From positions 2,752,001 through 2,816,000 of the forward strand of contig OY970303.1 in the NCBI GenBank assembly GCA_963716255.1: DNA of 64,000 nt, written 5' to 3'. Shown here one piece after another: positions 20,224 through 31,271 of the stretch (position 1 is its first letter; the number at the start of each line of letters is the position of its first letter). The position numbers and the translations under genes are program-made. The notes under the pieces were generated by a model. The model was not told where the DNA came from. It did no database searches and saw nothing but the letters and a program-made list of their open reading frames with translations. The stretch comes from an uncultured Gemmatimonadales bacterium (GTDB lineage Bacteria; Gemmatimonadota; Gemmatimonadetes; Longimicrobiales; Longimicrobiaceae).

Positions 20224-21260
20224 ACCTGGCGCTCGCCCCCTCCGCCCCGTCGCTGGACGCGCTCGCGGAGCACGCGGAGCACGAGGAGCGGCTGGGCCGC
20301 TGGAACTCGACCGCGCAGGCGTACTCGCGCCTCTTCCGCGCGGCGCTGGAGCAGGGGGAGATGGTGCGGGCGGTGAACGCGCTGCGCGGACAGGCCCGGG
20401 TGCGCAGGGAGCAGGGGCGGTACGAGGAGGCCGCCGAGCTGGTGGAGCTGAGCCGCGAGATCGCCGAGCGCCACGGGGAGATGCAGGAAGCCGCGCGGGC
20501 GGTGAACGCCCTGGGGGTCATCCTGTACGCCGAGGGGCAGTGGCCCGAGGCCGCGGAGCTCTACGAGCGGGCCCTCAACCTGGCGATCGACCTGGGGGAC
20601 GACGAGCTCGTGGGCTTCGCGTGCCAGAACCTGGGCGTCCTCGCGAACACGCAGGGAAGGCTGCGCGACGCGCGCATCCACTACCTGGAAAGCATCGGGA
20701 GCAGCGTCCGCTCGGGCAACAAGCGGAACGAGATGATGGCGTACAACAACCTGGGGTTCGTGTGCGGCAACCTCAAGGAGTGGCTGGAGGCCGAGGTCTA
20801 CTTCGACCGGGCGATCGAGATCGCCGACCGCGACGGGGACTCCGCCCACATGGCGAGCCTGCTCGCCAACCGGGCTCTCCCGCTGCTGCAGGTGGGGGAG
20901 CTGGCGCGCGCCCGGGACACCCTGCGCCAGGCCGAGGAAGCCGCGCGCCGGATCGACAGCCGGGTGGCCCTGGCCGACATCTCCCGGTTCCGGGGGATGC
21001 TCGCCCGCCTGGAGGGTGACTTCGCGGAGGCGCGGCGCTACTTCGACGAGTCGCTGGCGCTGACCACCGGCTCGGGACTGGAGTACGAGCGCGCCAAGGC
21101 GCTCGCCGAGATCGGGTCGCTCCACCTGGACGAGGGCCGGACGTCCAGGGCGGCCACGGTGCTGCAGACCGCGTGCGAGATCTTCCGCTCCCTCGGCGCG
21201 GTGCGGGACGCCCACCAGACGGAAGTGCTCCTGGAGACGCTCTCCGAAGCCGAATCATAG
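20220..21260 (+). CDS. TPR-only protein (about 7-8 repeats), coupled to the kinase
   Basis: Repeats such as VNALGVILYAEGQWPEAAELYERAL, QNLGVLANTQG, YNNLGFVCG; GTGA overlap with the kinase stop. Confidence 0.88.
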   Translation: MNLALAPSAPSLDALAEHAEHEERLGRWNSTAQAYSRLFRAALEQGEMVRAVNALRGQARVRREQGRYEEAAELVELSREIAERHGEMQEAARAVNALGVILYAEGQWPEAAELYERALNLAIDLGDDELVGFACQNLGVLANTQGRLRDARIHYLESIGSSVRSGNKRNEMMAYNNLGFVCGNLKEWLEAEVYFDRAIEIADRDGDSAHMASLLANRALPLLQVGELARARDTLRQAEEAARRIDSRVALADISRFRGMLARLEGDFAEARRYFDESLALTTGSGLEYERAKALAEIGSLHLDEGRTSRAATVLQTACEIFRSLGAVRDAHQTEVLLETLSEAES

Positions 21261-21333
21261 CGGCCAACGGTTTACGCCGGGCATAGTTGTTGCCATCGTT
21301 CAGCGGCGGAAAACATGCTACCCTGGAGGCCTT

Positions 21334-21546
21334 ATGATTCGCTGGACTCGCTGCGCCGCCGTCGCCTTCGTGCTGGCACTTGCCGCCTGCGGCGACACGT
21401 CGTCCGATTCTCCGCTCGCTCCGTCCAGGCCCAGCCTCAACAGCGGACTGCTCACCGGGTCGAACGCCCAGGCGACCGCGTCCAGCGACACCACCGCCAC
21501 CGCCCCGACCCCCGAGCGGAGCGGGCTGCTCACGGGATCGAACTGA
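21334..21546 (+). CDS. 70-aa secreted/lipoprotein peptide precursor with two copies of SGLLTGSN
   Basis: GGAGG RBS; signal peptide ending LAAC; identical octapeptides at 21442-21465 and 21520-21543 differing by three synonymous codons; own terminator. Confidence 0.85.
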   Translation: MIRWTRCAAVAFVLALAACGDTSSDSPLAPSRPSLNSGLLTGSNAQATASSDTTATAPTPERSGLLTGSN

Positions 21547-21601
21547 TCCCGGCCTCGCGGCGAGCGAGGCCTTCCGGAACAGGCTCCAGGACCGGCGAAG
21601 C

Positions 21602-21633
21602 GCGCCGCCCGCACCCCGGGCGGCGCTTTTTTT
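21602..21633 (+). terminator. Intrinsic terminator after the peptide gene
   Basis: GCGCCGCCCG-CACCC-CGGGCGGCGC followed by seven T. Confidence 0.85.
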
Positions 21634-21805
21634 GTGCATTGTAGAATCCGGCACGCCCTCTTTTTGGGGCAATCGATGCCCAAAATTTGGGCAACGCCTT
21701 TTGTGGCGACAGCGAGTTGCCGTCCGGGTGCTTGACGCCGGCGCCTCCGGCACGGATAGTAGGAGCCGCCGGCCCACTCCCGCCCTCTTCCCCACCCCCC
21801 GAGAC

Positions 21806-23161
21806 ATGGCAGACTCCAGCGACCGCATCCGCGCGCTCCGCGCCGCCGTGGGCGTGGCCCCCGAGGACACCGGCCTGCGCCTCCTCCTGGCCGATGCCCT
21901 CCTGGACGGCGGGCTGGCGGCGGAGGCCGAGGCGGCGGTGCGCGACGGCCTTCGCGCCGCCCCGGAGGACGCCGGGCTGCGGGGAGCCCTGGTGCGCGCC
22001 TTCCACCGGCAGGGCAAGCTTTCCGCCGCGCTGGTGGTGATCGAGGACCTGCTGCGCGCCGGGGACGGCGGGGCCGAGGTTCACCTCCTCCATGCCCGGG
22101 TCCTGCTGGACGCGGACGACGTGGAGCGCGCCCGGCTGGCGTACCGCGAAGCCGTGGCCGCGGGCGCGGACGACGTGGAGCTGGCCGCCCGGCTGGGTGG
22201 GGCCGGCTCCCGGGCGCGCCGGATCCCATCCGAGGTAGAGGAGGAGCTCGACCGGATAGAGGCGGAGGACCCGGCCGAGGAGGAGGACGACGACGATGGC
22301 GATGGCGGCTCCGTTCCGCGGGTCACCTTCGCGGACGTGGGCGGGATGGAGGCGCTCAAGGAGGAGATCCGCCGCAAGATCATCCACCCGCTGCGGCACC
22401 CGGAGCTCTTCCGCGCCTACGGCAAGTCGGCGGGCGGCGGGATCCTGATGTACGGCCCGCCCGGGGTCGGCAAGACGCACCTGGCCCGGGCCACCGCCGG
22501 GGAGGCCGGGGCCTCGTTCCTGAGCGTGGGCATCCACGAGGTGCTGGACATGTGGATGGGGCAGAGCGAGCAGAACCTGAACCGCCTCTTCGAGCGGGCG
22601 CGGGCGTCCGCCCCCAGCGTGCTCTTCTTCGACGAGGTGGACGCCCTTGCCGCGCGCCGCAGCGACCTGCGCACCAGCGGCGGGCGCACTCTGATCAACC
22701 AGTTCCTGGCGGAGCTGGACGGGGTGCAGGCATCCAACGCCGGGGTCCTGGTGCTCGCGGCGACCAACGCCCCCTGGCACCTGGACCCCGCCTTCCGCCG
22801 CCCCGGGCGCTTCGACCGGGTCCTGTTCGTCCCCACGCCCGACGAGCCCGCGCGCGCGGCCATCCTCCGCCTCCTGTGCCGCGACAGGCCCGTGGAGGCG
22901 GTGGACTACGAGCGGCTGGCGAAGCGGACCGATGGCTTCTCGGGCGCCGACCTCAAGGCCGTGGTGGAGCTGGCGGTGGAGCGCAAGCTGGACGCGGCGA
23001 TGCGCGCCGGGCGCCCGCTCCCCATCTCCGGCGCGGAGCTGGCCGCCGCCGCGAAGGAGGTCCGCCCCACGGCGCGCGAGTGGTTCGCGACGGCGCGCAA
23101 CTACGTGCTCTACGCCAACGAGGCGGGGCAGTACGACGACGTGAAGCCGTACCTCCGCTAG
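21806..23161 (+). CDS. AAA+ ATPase (CDC48/Vps4-like single AAA) with N-terminal TPRs
   Basis: VTFADVGGM, GILMYGPPGVGKT, LFFDEVDAL, AATNAPWHLDPAFRRPGRFD. Confidence 0.9.
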   Translation: MADSSDRIRALRAAVGVAPEDTGLRLLLADALLDGGLAAEAEAAVRDGLRAAPEDAGLRGALVRAFHRQGKLSAALVVIEDLLRAGDGGAEVHLLHARVLLDADDVERARLAYREAVAAGADDVELAARLGGAGSRARRIPSEVEEELDRIEAEDPAEEEDDDDGDGGSVPRVTFADVGGMEALKEEIRRKIIHPLRHPELFRAYGKSAGGGILMYGPPGVGKTHLARATAGEAGASFLSVGIHEVLDMWMGQSEQNLNRLFERARASAPSVLFFDEVDALAARRSDLRTSGGRTLINQFLAELDGVQASNAGVLVLAATNAPWHLDPAFRRPGRFDRVLFVPTPDEPARAAILRLLCRDRPVEAVDYERLAKRTDGFSGADLKAVVELAVERKLDAAMRAGRPLPISGAELAAAAKEVRPTAREWFATARNYVLYANEAGQYDDVKPYLR

Positions 23162-23174
23162 GCGGGCGTCCCGG

Positions 23175-24428
23175 ATGACGCACCCGGGCCTGCAGCGCGC
23201 CAGGCTGCTCATGGACCACGGCCGCCCCGGCATGGCGGCCGGGGAGCTTCGCCGCGCCCTGGGCGACCAGCCGGAGGACCCGGTGCTGCACGCCTACCTG
23301 GCGCTCTGCCTGGCGGAGGACCCGGCAACGCTGGGGGAGGCGCAGATCAAGGCGCTGTGGGCAACTGCGTACGGTCCCACCGACCCGGTGGCCTGGTTCG
23401 CTCTCGCGGCGGTGGAGCGCAGGCGCGGCCGGGGAAGGGAGGCGGAGCAGGCGCTGCGGATCGCGCTGGGACTGAACCCGGAGGCGCCGGGCCTGTTCGC
23501 CGAGCTGGCGTCGCTCCTGCTCGCGCAGGAGCGGCCGCGCGCCGCGCTGGAGGAAGCGGACCGGGGGCTGGCGCTGGACCCGGACCACGTGGGTTGCCTG
23601 ACGGTCCGAGGCGGCGCGCTCGCGAGGCTGGGGCGGCACGACGCCGCGGGGGATGCTTACACGCAGGCCCTCTCGCTGTCGCCCGAGGACCCCGTCGTCC
23701 ACGGCAACGCGGGGTGGGCGCTCCTGCGCCGGGGCGACGCGGAGGCGGCGGCGGACCGGTTCCGCGAAGCGCTCCGCCTGGACCCCGTCGCCGGCCGGGC
23801 GCAGGACGGGCTGATGGAAGCGCTCCGGGCCCGCAACCCCGTGTACCGGGCGCTCCTCCGCGCCTCGTTCCGGATCCCCGACCTCGGGCCGGGAGCCCGG
23901 GTGCTGACGGTGATCCTGGGTGTGGTCGCGGTGTGCGTCCTGGAGATCGCGCGGTACGAGGCGGATCTCCCCGCCCTCCTGGTGCTCCCGCTGGAGGTCG
24001 CGGTGGTCGCCGCGGTGTTCCTGAGCTGGACGGCGCGCTCCCTTTCCGACCTCCTCCTCTTTTCCCACCCGCTGGCCCGGCAGACCCTTTCGCGCGCGCA
24101 GCGGGTCGGGGCCGTCGGCACGGCGGCGTCGCTCCTGGCGGGGATCGTCCTGGGGCTCCTCGCGCTCGCCGGGGACGGCGGGGGGTTCGGCTTCGCCGCG
24201 GCGGTCGCCGCGCTGTACACCATTCCCATCGGCGCGGCGCTGCGGGCAAAGCCGGGGAGGCCGCGCGCGCTGATGACGGCGTACGTGCTGCTGGTGCCGG
24301 TGCCCGCCGCGGTGTTCCTGGCGCAGCAGGCGCGCGGCGCCGAGGGTGCCGGGACGTGGTTCGGGATCACCATCTGCGCGCTGGTGATGTCGGACGCGGT
24401 CTCGGACGTGCTCTCGGGGCGCCTGTAG
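23175..24428 (+). CDS. TPR protein with C-terminal multi-pass membrane region
   Basis: N-terminal TPRs (ALGLNPE, LALDPDH, LSLSPED, LRLDPV) then about six hydrophobic segments. Confidence 0.8.
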   Translation: MTHPGLQRARLLMDHGRPGMAAGELRRALGDQPEDPVLHAYLALCLAEDPATLGEAQIKALWATAYGPTDPVAWFALAAVERRRGRGREAEQALRIALGLNPEAPGLFAELASLLLAQERPRAALEEADRGLALDPDHVGCLTVRGGALARLGRHDAAGDAYTQALSLSPEDPVVHGNAGWALLRRGDAEAAADRFREALRLDPVAGRAQDGLMEALRARNPVYRALLRASFRIPDLGPGARVLTVILGVVAVCVLEIARYEADLPALLVLPLEVAVVAAVFLSWTARSLSDLLLFSHPLARQTLSRAQRVGAVGTAASLLAGIVLGLLALAGDGGGFGFAAAVAALYTIPIGAALRAKPGRPRALMTAYVLLVPVPAAVFLAQQARGAEGAGTWFGITICALVMSDAVSDVLSGRL

Positions 24429-24485
24429 CCGTCCCCCGCGGGCGGCCTGGCCCCGGGCGCGACGCCTCCGTATATTCCCGATGCA

Positions 24486-24575
24486 AGCCGCCAGGGGTAT
24501 CCCGCGCACGGTCGCGGGGTTGAGAGAGTCCCTTGGAACCTGATCCGGATCACACCGGCGTAGGGAGCGCGGCGT
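24486..24575 (+). ncRNA. TPP riboswitch
   Basis: AGGGGT...TGAGAG...CCCTTGGAACCTGATCCGGATCACACCGGCGTAGGGAG directly upstream of thiC. Confidence 0.93.
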
Positions 24576-24588
24576 GTCGCACAGATGA

Positions 24589-26505
<1,917 letters not shown>

Positions 26506-26530
26506 GGCCAGGCTGTCCCAGGGGGACGAC

Positions 26531-26571
26531 GCGAGGCGGGGCACCGGATCGGATCCGGCGCCCCGCCTCGC
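26531..26571. repeat. 41-bp palindromic direct repeat, left flank of the CHAT cassette
   Basis: GCGAGGCGGGGCACCGGATCGGATCCGGCGCCCCGCCTCGC; 38 of 41 identical to 31711-31751. Confidence 0.85.
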
Positions 26572-26717
26572 TGCATGGAGCCAGCAGGCGAATATTGACT
26601 CCCGTCCGTCCGCGAAGTAAGAACATCCTTGCACGTGAGCTTCGTCGCCTCCGTCCCGCCCGCGGCAGCGGAACTCTGCGGGTCCTCCTTTCACCCTGAC
26701 ATGCGGCAGCGACGCCA

Positions 26718-29700
26718 ATGCAGGCACGCGTCTCCATTGTCGGCAGCGACATCCTCTGCGGCCGTGGCGCCGTGCGCGGGGGCGAGGAGGCGCGCATCGC
26801 GCTGACCGGGGAGACGCTCGGCCGGCTCACCGGCTGGGCGGAGCGATACGGGCGCATCGTCCGCACGGGTGATCCGTCCCCGCTCCTCGCGCTCGGCCTG
26901 GAGATCTTTGCCTGGCTCGACCAGGGCGGCTGGGCCTCGCGGTGGGTCCGGGAACCCGGCGACCGGGTGCTGGAGGTCGCGGTCGACGACCCCGGCACGG
27001 AGGCGGCCGCGGCGCTGCTCGACCTGCCCTGGGAGACGCTGGCGCGGGAGGGCGATCTCCTGGCGGCGGACCCGGGCCAGACCTTCGTCGTGTTCCGCAG
27101 CATCGGCCGACGGGCGGACGCCGTACCCGCGCAGCCCGAGCACCGGGACCTCGAAACCCTGTTCATGGCCGCCGCGCCCAGGGGACAGCGTGAGCTTGAC
27201 TACGAGGCGGAGGAGGCGGCGATCCTCGACGCGACCGCGCGCCTGCCGATGCGGCTCTCCGTCGAGGAGAGCGGCTGCGCCGACTTCCTCAAGGACCGGC
27301 TCGCGCAGGACGGACCGTTCGAGGCGGTCCACCTTTCCTGCCACGGCGACATCCTGCGGGGCACGGGACCGGTGCTGGCGCTGGAAACCCCGGAGGGCGA
27401 TCTCGCGCCGGTCACTCCGGGGCGGCTCGCCGGCGTCCTCGGCGAGCGAAAGGCGCCGCTGGTCTTTCTCTCCGCCTGCCGCACCGCCGAACGGGGCGAG
27501 CGCAGGGACGCGGACGGGAAGGCGGAGGCAGTGGAGCCCTTCGCGCGCGCGCTGATCCGCGCGGGAGTGGCGAACGTGCTCGGCTGGGACGGCTCGGTCT
27601 ACGACCTGGATGCGACGCGCTTCGCCCGCGCCTTCTACGGAGAGCTGGCGGAGCGCTCCACCGTTCCGTACGCGGCGGCGGCCGCCCGGCGCGAGGTGCT
27701 GCGGGAGCACCGGAACGATCCGCGAGCCGGACGGCACTGGCACCTGGCACGGGTCTACGCGGGACCGCAGGGGGCCGGGCCGCTCTGCGACAGGGCGAAG
27801 CCCAAACGCAAGCTCCGCAAGGCGGCGGGATACAAGGAGTTCCTGGACAAGGACAACGGGCAGGTGCCGGTGGCGACTGCGGCGGAGTTCGTGGGCCGCC
27901 GCCGGCACGCGCAGGCAGTGCTCCGGGCCTTCAGGGAGAACGAGAGGGCTGGCGTCCTGATCCACGGGATGGGCAACCTGGGCAAGTCGAGCCTGGCGGC
28001 GCGCATCGCCAACCGCATGCCGAAGCACGAGACGGTGGTCGTGTTCGAGCGCTACGACGCGCTCGCGGTCTTCGATCAGCTCATCCGCGCCCTGCCGGGG
28101 AGCGAGCGTTCCCGCTGGGAGCAGACGTGGCGGGAGTCGATCGGGCTCAGGGGCGCAGCGCTCGCGGACGCGCTCGAGGAGATGCTGAACGGCCCGTTCG
28201 ACACGAACCCGGTCCTGCTGGTGATCGACGACCTGGAGCGGGTCCTGGAGACGCCGCGGCCCGGCCACACGGCGACGCCGGTAAGGGACGCGCCCGGGTC
28301 GCCCGACGCCTGGCGCGACGCGCTCGGCGCGGTGCTGCGGGCCTTCGACGCGGCGGACACGGAGTCGCGCCTGCTGCTGACCAGCCGCTACGTCTTCACC
28401 CTCCCGGACGGCCGCGGCAACGACCTGGCGGCCCGACTGGAGAGCGTGCAGCTCCCGCCGATGGACGAGCAGGAGCGAGCGAAGCAGTGGCGGGCAGCCG
28501 TGCGGGCGGAGAGGCACGAAGGGGTCCGGCGGGACGCACCGGAATGCGAGCTCGTCGACCGGGCGCTCGCGGCGGCGGCTGGCAACCCGGGGCTCCAGGA
28601 GATCCTCTGCCGTCCCATCCTCGCCGGTGAGCTGGACGCCGCCAGCGGGGCCGTGGAGGCCGTGGAGCGGTGGAGAGACTCGGGCCAGGCTCCCGAGGAG
28701 GAGAACGCAGCCCAGGAGTTCTTCCGCCGGGTCTCGCTGGAGACCTACCGGGATGCGCTGACGGAAACGCAGCGGGTCCAGCTCCGGGCGGCGACGCTCT
28801 TCTCCGAGAGCGTGCCGATTCCGGTCGCCGCACTGGAGGCGGTCGGGAGCGCGGCCGGAGTGGCGGACCCTCGTGCGGCCGTCGCCCGCCTGCTCGGCCT
28901 GGGCCTGGTGGACGGCTGGGGCGAGATCGGCGGCGCGGAGCACGCCGCAGTGAACCCGCTGGCGAGGCCACTGGCCGGAGAGCACCTGAGCGACGGTGAG
29001 CAGGCGCATCTCGCCGCCGCGGCGATCACGCCGCTCGCCTTGGCGTGGCGAGATGAGGACGGCGACTTTCCCGACGACATACGGGGCGTGGAAATGGCGC
29101 GTCTGGCGCTGGACGGCAGCGCCCCAGCGGACATCCTCGGCCAGGCGGTCCAAGCCGCAGGGTACTTTCTCTTCCGCCGGGCGCACGACGCGAAGACCGC
29201 GTTGGCGTACCTAGAGCCGGCCCTCGCTACGATCGAGGAATCAGGCGAGGAACCGCGCCCCGAGCTCCTGCTGCTGGCCGCGGAATGCGCCGAGCGCGTG
29301 GGTGAGACCGGACTACAGGTCACCTGGCTGGAGAAGGGTCTCACGCTACGCTCTGGCGGTGAGTCGATTGCTGCACGGATTGCTGCGGCACATGCGGTGG
29401 CGACGATTGCTCGGGATGGACCAGAAACGGCTCTGGCGACGCTCCGCACATCTGTAGAGCTGTTTGGCAAGGCCGAGGATGCCCGTATGCGGGCAATCAC
29501 GCTGGGCCAGATCGCCGACATTCTCACGCAGCAAGGTGAGACGGAGGAGGCCCTGCGCATCCGGCGCGAGGAGGAATTGCCTGTCTACGAACGACTGGGA
29601 GACGTGCACTCTTGGGCCGTGACCATGGGCCAGATCGCCGACATCCTCACGCAGCGGGGCGAGACCCAGGAGGCGCTGCGCATCCGCCGCGAGGAGCAAC

Positions 29701-31271
29701 TGCCCGTCTACGAGCGGCTGGGAGACGTGCGCTCCCGGGCCGTGACCATGGGCAAGATCGCCGACATCCTCACGCAGCGGGGCGAAACCGAGGAGGCGAT
29801 GCGCATCGGGCGCGAGGAGCAACTGCCCGTCTTCGAGCGGTTGGGAGACGTGCGCTCCCGGGCCGTGACCATGGGCAGGATCGCCGACATTCTCACGCAG
29901 CGGGGCGAAACCGAGGAGGCGATGCGCATCCGACGCGAGGAGCAACTGCCCGTCTACGAGCGGTTGGGAGACGTGCACTCTTGGGCCGTGACCATGGGCC
30001 AGATCGCCGACATCCTCACGCAGCGGGGCGAGACCGAAGAGGCGCTGCGCATCCGCCGCGAGGAGGAACTGTCCGTCTACGAGCGGCTGGGAGACGTGCG
30101 CTCCCGGGCCGTGACCATGGGCAAGATCGCCGACATCCTCACGCAGCGGGGCGAGACCCAGGAGGCGCTGCGCATCCGGCGCGAGGAGCAACTGCCCGTC
30201 TACGAGCGGCTGGGAGACGTGCGCTCCCGGGCCGTGACCATAGGCAAGATCGCCGATATCCTCAGGCAACGGGGCGAGACCGAGGAGGCGCTGCGCATTC
30301 GGCGCGAGGAGCAACTGCCCGCCTTCGAACGACTGGGAGACGTGCGCTCCCGGGCCATGACCATGGGCCAGATCGCCGACATCTTCACACAGCGGGGCGA
30401 GACCGAGGAGGCGCTGCGCATCCGACGCGAGGAGGAACTGCCCATCTTCGAGCAGCTGGGAGACGTGCGCTCCCGGGCCGTGACCATGAGCAAGATCGCC
30501 GACATCCTCAGGCAACGGGGCGAGACCGAGGAGGCGCTGCGCATTCGGCGCGAGGAGCAACTGCCCGCCTTCGAGCGGCTGGGAGACGTGCGCTCCCGGG
30601 CTGTGACCATGGGCCAGATCGCCGACATCCTCACGGAGCGGGGCGAGATCGAGGAGGCGCTGAGCATCCGGCGCGAGGAGGAACTGCCCGTCTTCGAGCG
30701 GTTGGGAGACGTGCGCTCCCGGGCCGTAACCATGGGCAGGATCGCCGACATCCTCACGCAGCGGGGCGAGACCCAGGAGGCGCTGCGCATCCGGCGCGAG
30801 GAGGAACTGCCCGTCTTCGAGCGGCTGGGAGACGTGCGCGAGCGGGCCGTGACCATGGGCAAAATCGCCGACATCCTCACGCAGCAGGGCGAGACCGAGG
30901 AGGCGCTGCGGATTCATACCGATGAGCGTCTGCCGACAGCAATTGCTATGGGCGATGTCGACAGCATTGCCCATATACGCTTCTCCTGCGCGCAAATCCG
31001 CCTCGACCGTGGCGGGCTGACCCAGGGGAAGGCGCAGACAATCGCCGACGAGCTGGCGGAGAGTTTCGCAATCTACCAGAAGATCCGTCGCGCCGATGGT
31101 ATCGCCAATGCAGGCTGGCTCCTTGGACAGGTGCTCGCCATGGGCGGCTACCCGGAGGATGGACTCACCATTTTAGACGAGTCGGCAATGGCGTTCGAGA
31201 AGTTGGGGCAGGCCCAGGAGGCAGCGGCTGTACGCGCGCTGCAACAGAGAATCCGGGAGGACCAACCATGA
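26718..31271 (+). CDS. NLR-like protein: CHAT caspase-like protease, STAND-type P-loop NTPase, C-terminal TPR-like repeats
   Basis: DLPWETL, VHLSCHGD (His), LVFLSACRT (Cys), FARAFYGEL; FVGRR, Walker A GMGNLGKSS, Walker B LLVIDDLE, LLLTSR, GNPGL; 41-aa repeats. Confidence 0.9.
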   Translation: MQARVSIVGSDILCGRGAVRGGEEARIALTGETLGRLTGWAERYGRIVRTGDPSPLLALGLEIFAWLDQGGWASRWVREPGDRVLEVAVDDPGTEAAAALLDLPWETLAREGDLLAADPGQTFVVFRSIGRRADAVPAQPEHRDLETLFMAAAPRGQRELDYEAEEAAILDATARLPMRLSVEESGCADFLKDRLAQDGPFEAVHLSCHGDILRGTGPVLALETPEGDLAPVTPGRLAGVLGERKAPLVFLSACRTAERGERRDADGKAEAVEPFARALIRAGVANVLGWDGSVYDLDATRFARAFYGELAERSTVPYAAAAARREVLREHRNDPRAGRHWHLARVYAGPQGAGPLCDRAKPKRKLRKAAGYKEFLDKDNGQVPVATAAEFVGRRRHAQAVLRAFRENERAGVLIHGMGNLGKSSLAARIANRMPKHETVVVFERYDALAVFDQLIRALPGSERSRWEQTWRESIGLRGAALADALEEMLNGPFDTNPVLLVIDDLERVLETPRPGHTATPVRDAPGSPDAWRDALGAVLRAFDAADTESRLLLTSRYVFTLPDGRGNDLAARLESVQLPPMDEQERAKQWRAAVRAERHEGVRRDAPECELVDRALAAAAGNPGLQEILCRPILAGELDAASGAVEAVERWRDSGQAPEEENAAQEFFRRVSLETYRDALTETQRVQLRAATLFSESVPIPVAALEAVGSAAGVADPRAAVARLLGLGLVDGWGEIGGAEHAAVNPLARPLAGEHLSDGEQAHLAAAAITPLALAWRDEDGDFPDDIRGVEMARLALDGSAPADILGQAVQAAGYFLFRRAHDAKTALAYLEPALATIEESGEEPRPELLLLAAECAERVGETGLQVTWLEKGLTLRSGGESIAARIAAAHAVATIARDGPETALATLRTSVELFGKAEDARMRAITLGQIADILTQQGETEEALRIRREEELPVYERLGDVHSWAVTMGQIADILTQRGETQEALRIRREEQLPVYERLGDVRSRAVTMGKIADILTQRGETEEAMRIGREEQLPVFERLGDVRSRAVTMGRIADILTQRGETEEAMRIRREEQLPVYERLGDVHSWAVTMGQIADILTQRGETEEALRIRREEELSVYERLGDVRSRAVTMGKIADILTQRGETQEALRIRREEQLPVYERLGDVRSRAVTIGKIADILRQRGETEEALRIRREEQLPAFERLGDVRSRAMTMGQIADIFTQRGETEEALRIRREEELPIFEQLGDVRSRAVTMSKIADILRQRGETEEALRIRREEQLPAFERLGDVRSRAVTMGQIADILTERGEIEEALSIRREEELPVFERLGDVRSRAVTMGRIADILTQRGETQEALRIRREEELPVFERLGDVRERAVTMGKIADILTQQGETEEALRIHTDERLPTAIAMGDVDSIAHIRFSCAQIRLDRGGLTQGKAQTIADELAESFAIYQKIRRADGIANAGWLLGQVLAMGGYPEDGLTILDESAMAFEKLGQAQEAAAVRALQQRIREDQP
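29493..30968 (+). repeat. Intragenic tandem array of 12 x 123 bp (41 aa); last unit diverged
   Basis: Equivalent codons at 29502, 29625, 29748 and onward; consensus AVTMGxIADILTQRGETEEALRIRREExLPVxERLGDVRSR. Confidence 0.95.

Noticed and set aside
21334..21546. Double-core peptide as a RiPP precursor
   Set aside because: It has a Sec/lipoprotein signal instead of a RiPP leader, and no modifying enzyme, protease or exporter is adjacent; processing in trans is not excluded.
26595..26623. TTGACT-N17-TAAGAA as promoter of the CHAT cassette
   Set aside because: The -10 element lacks the conserved final T; not strong enough to call.
29493..30968. Regular repeats as a possible CRISPR array
   Set aside because: Units are contiguous in-frame 123-bp coding repeats with no unique spacers, and there are no cas genes.
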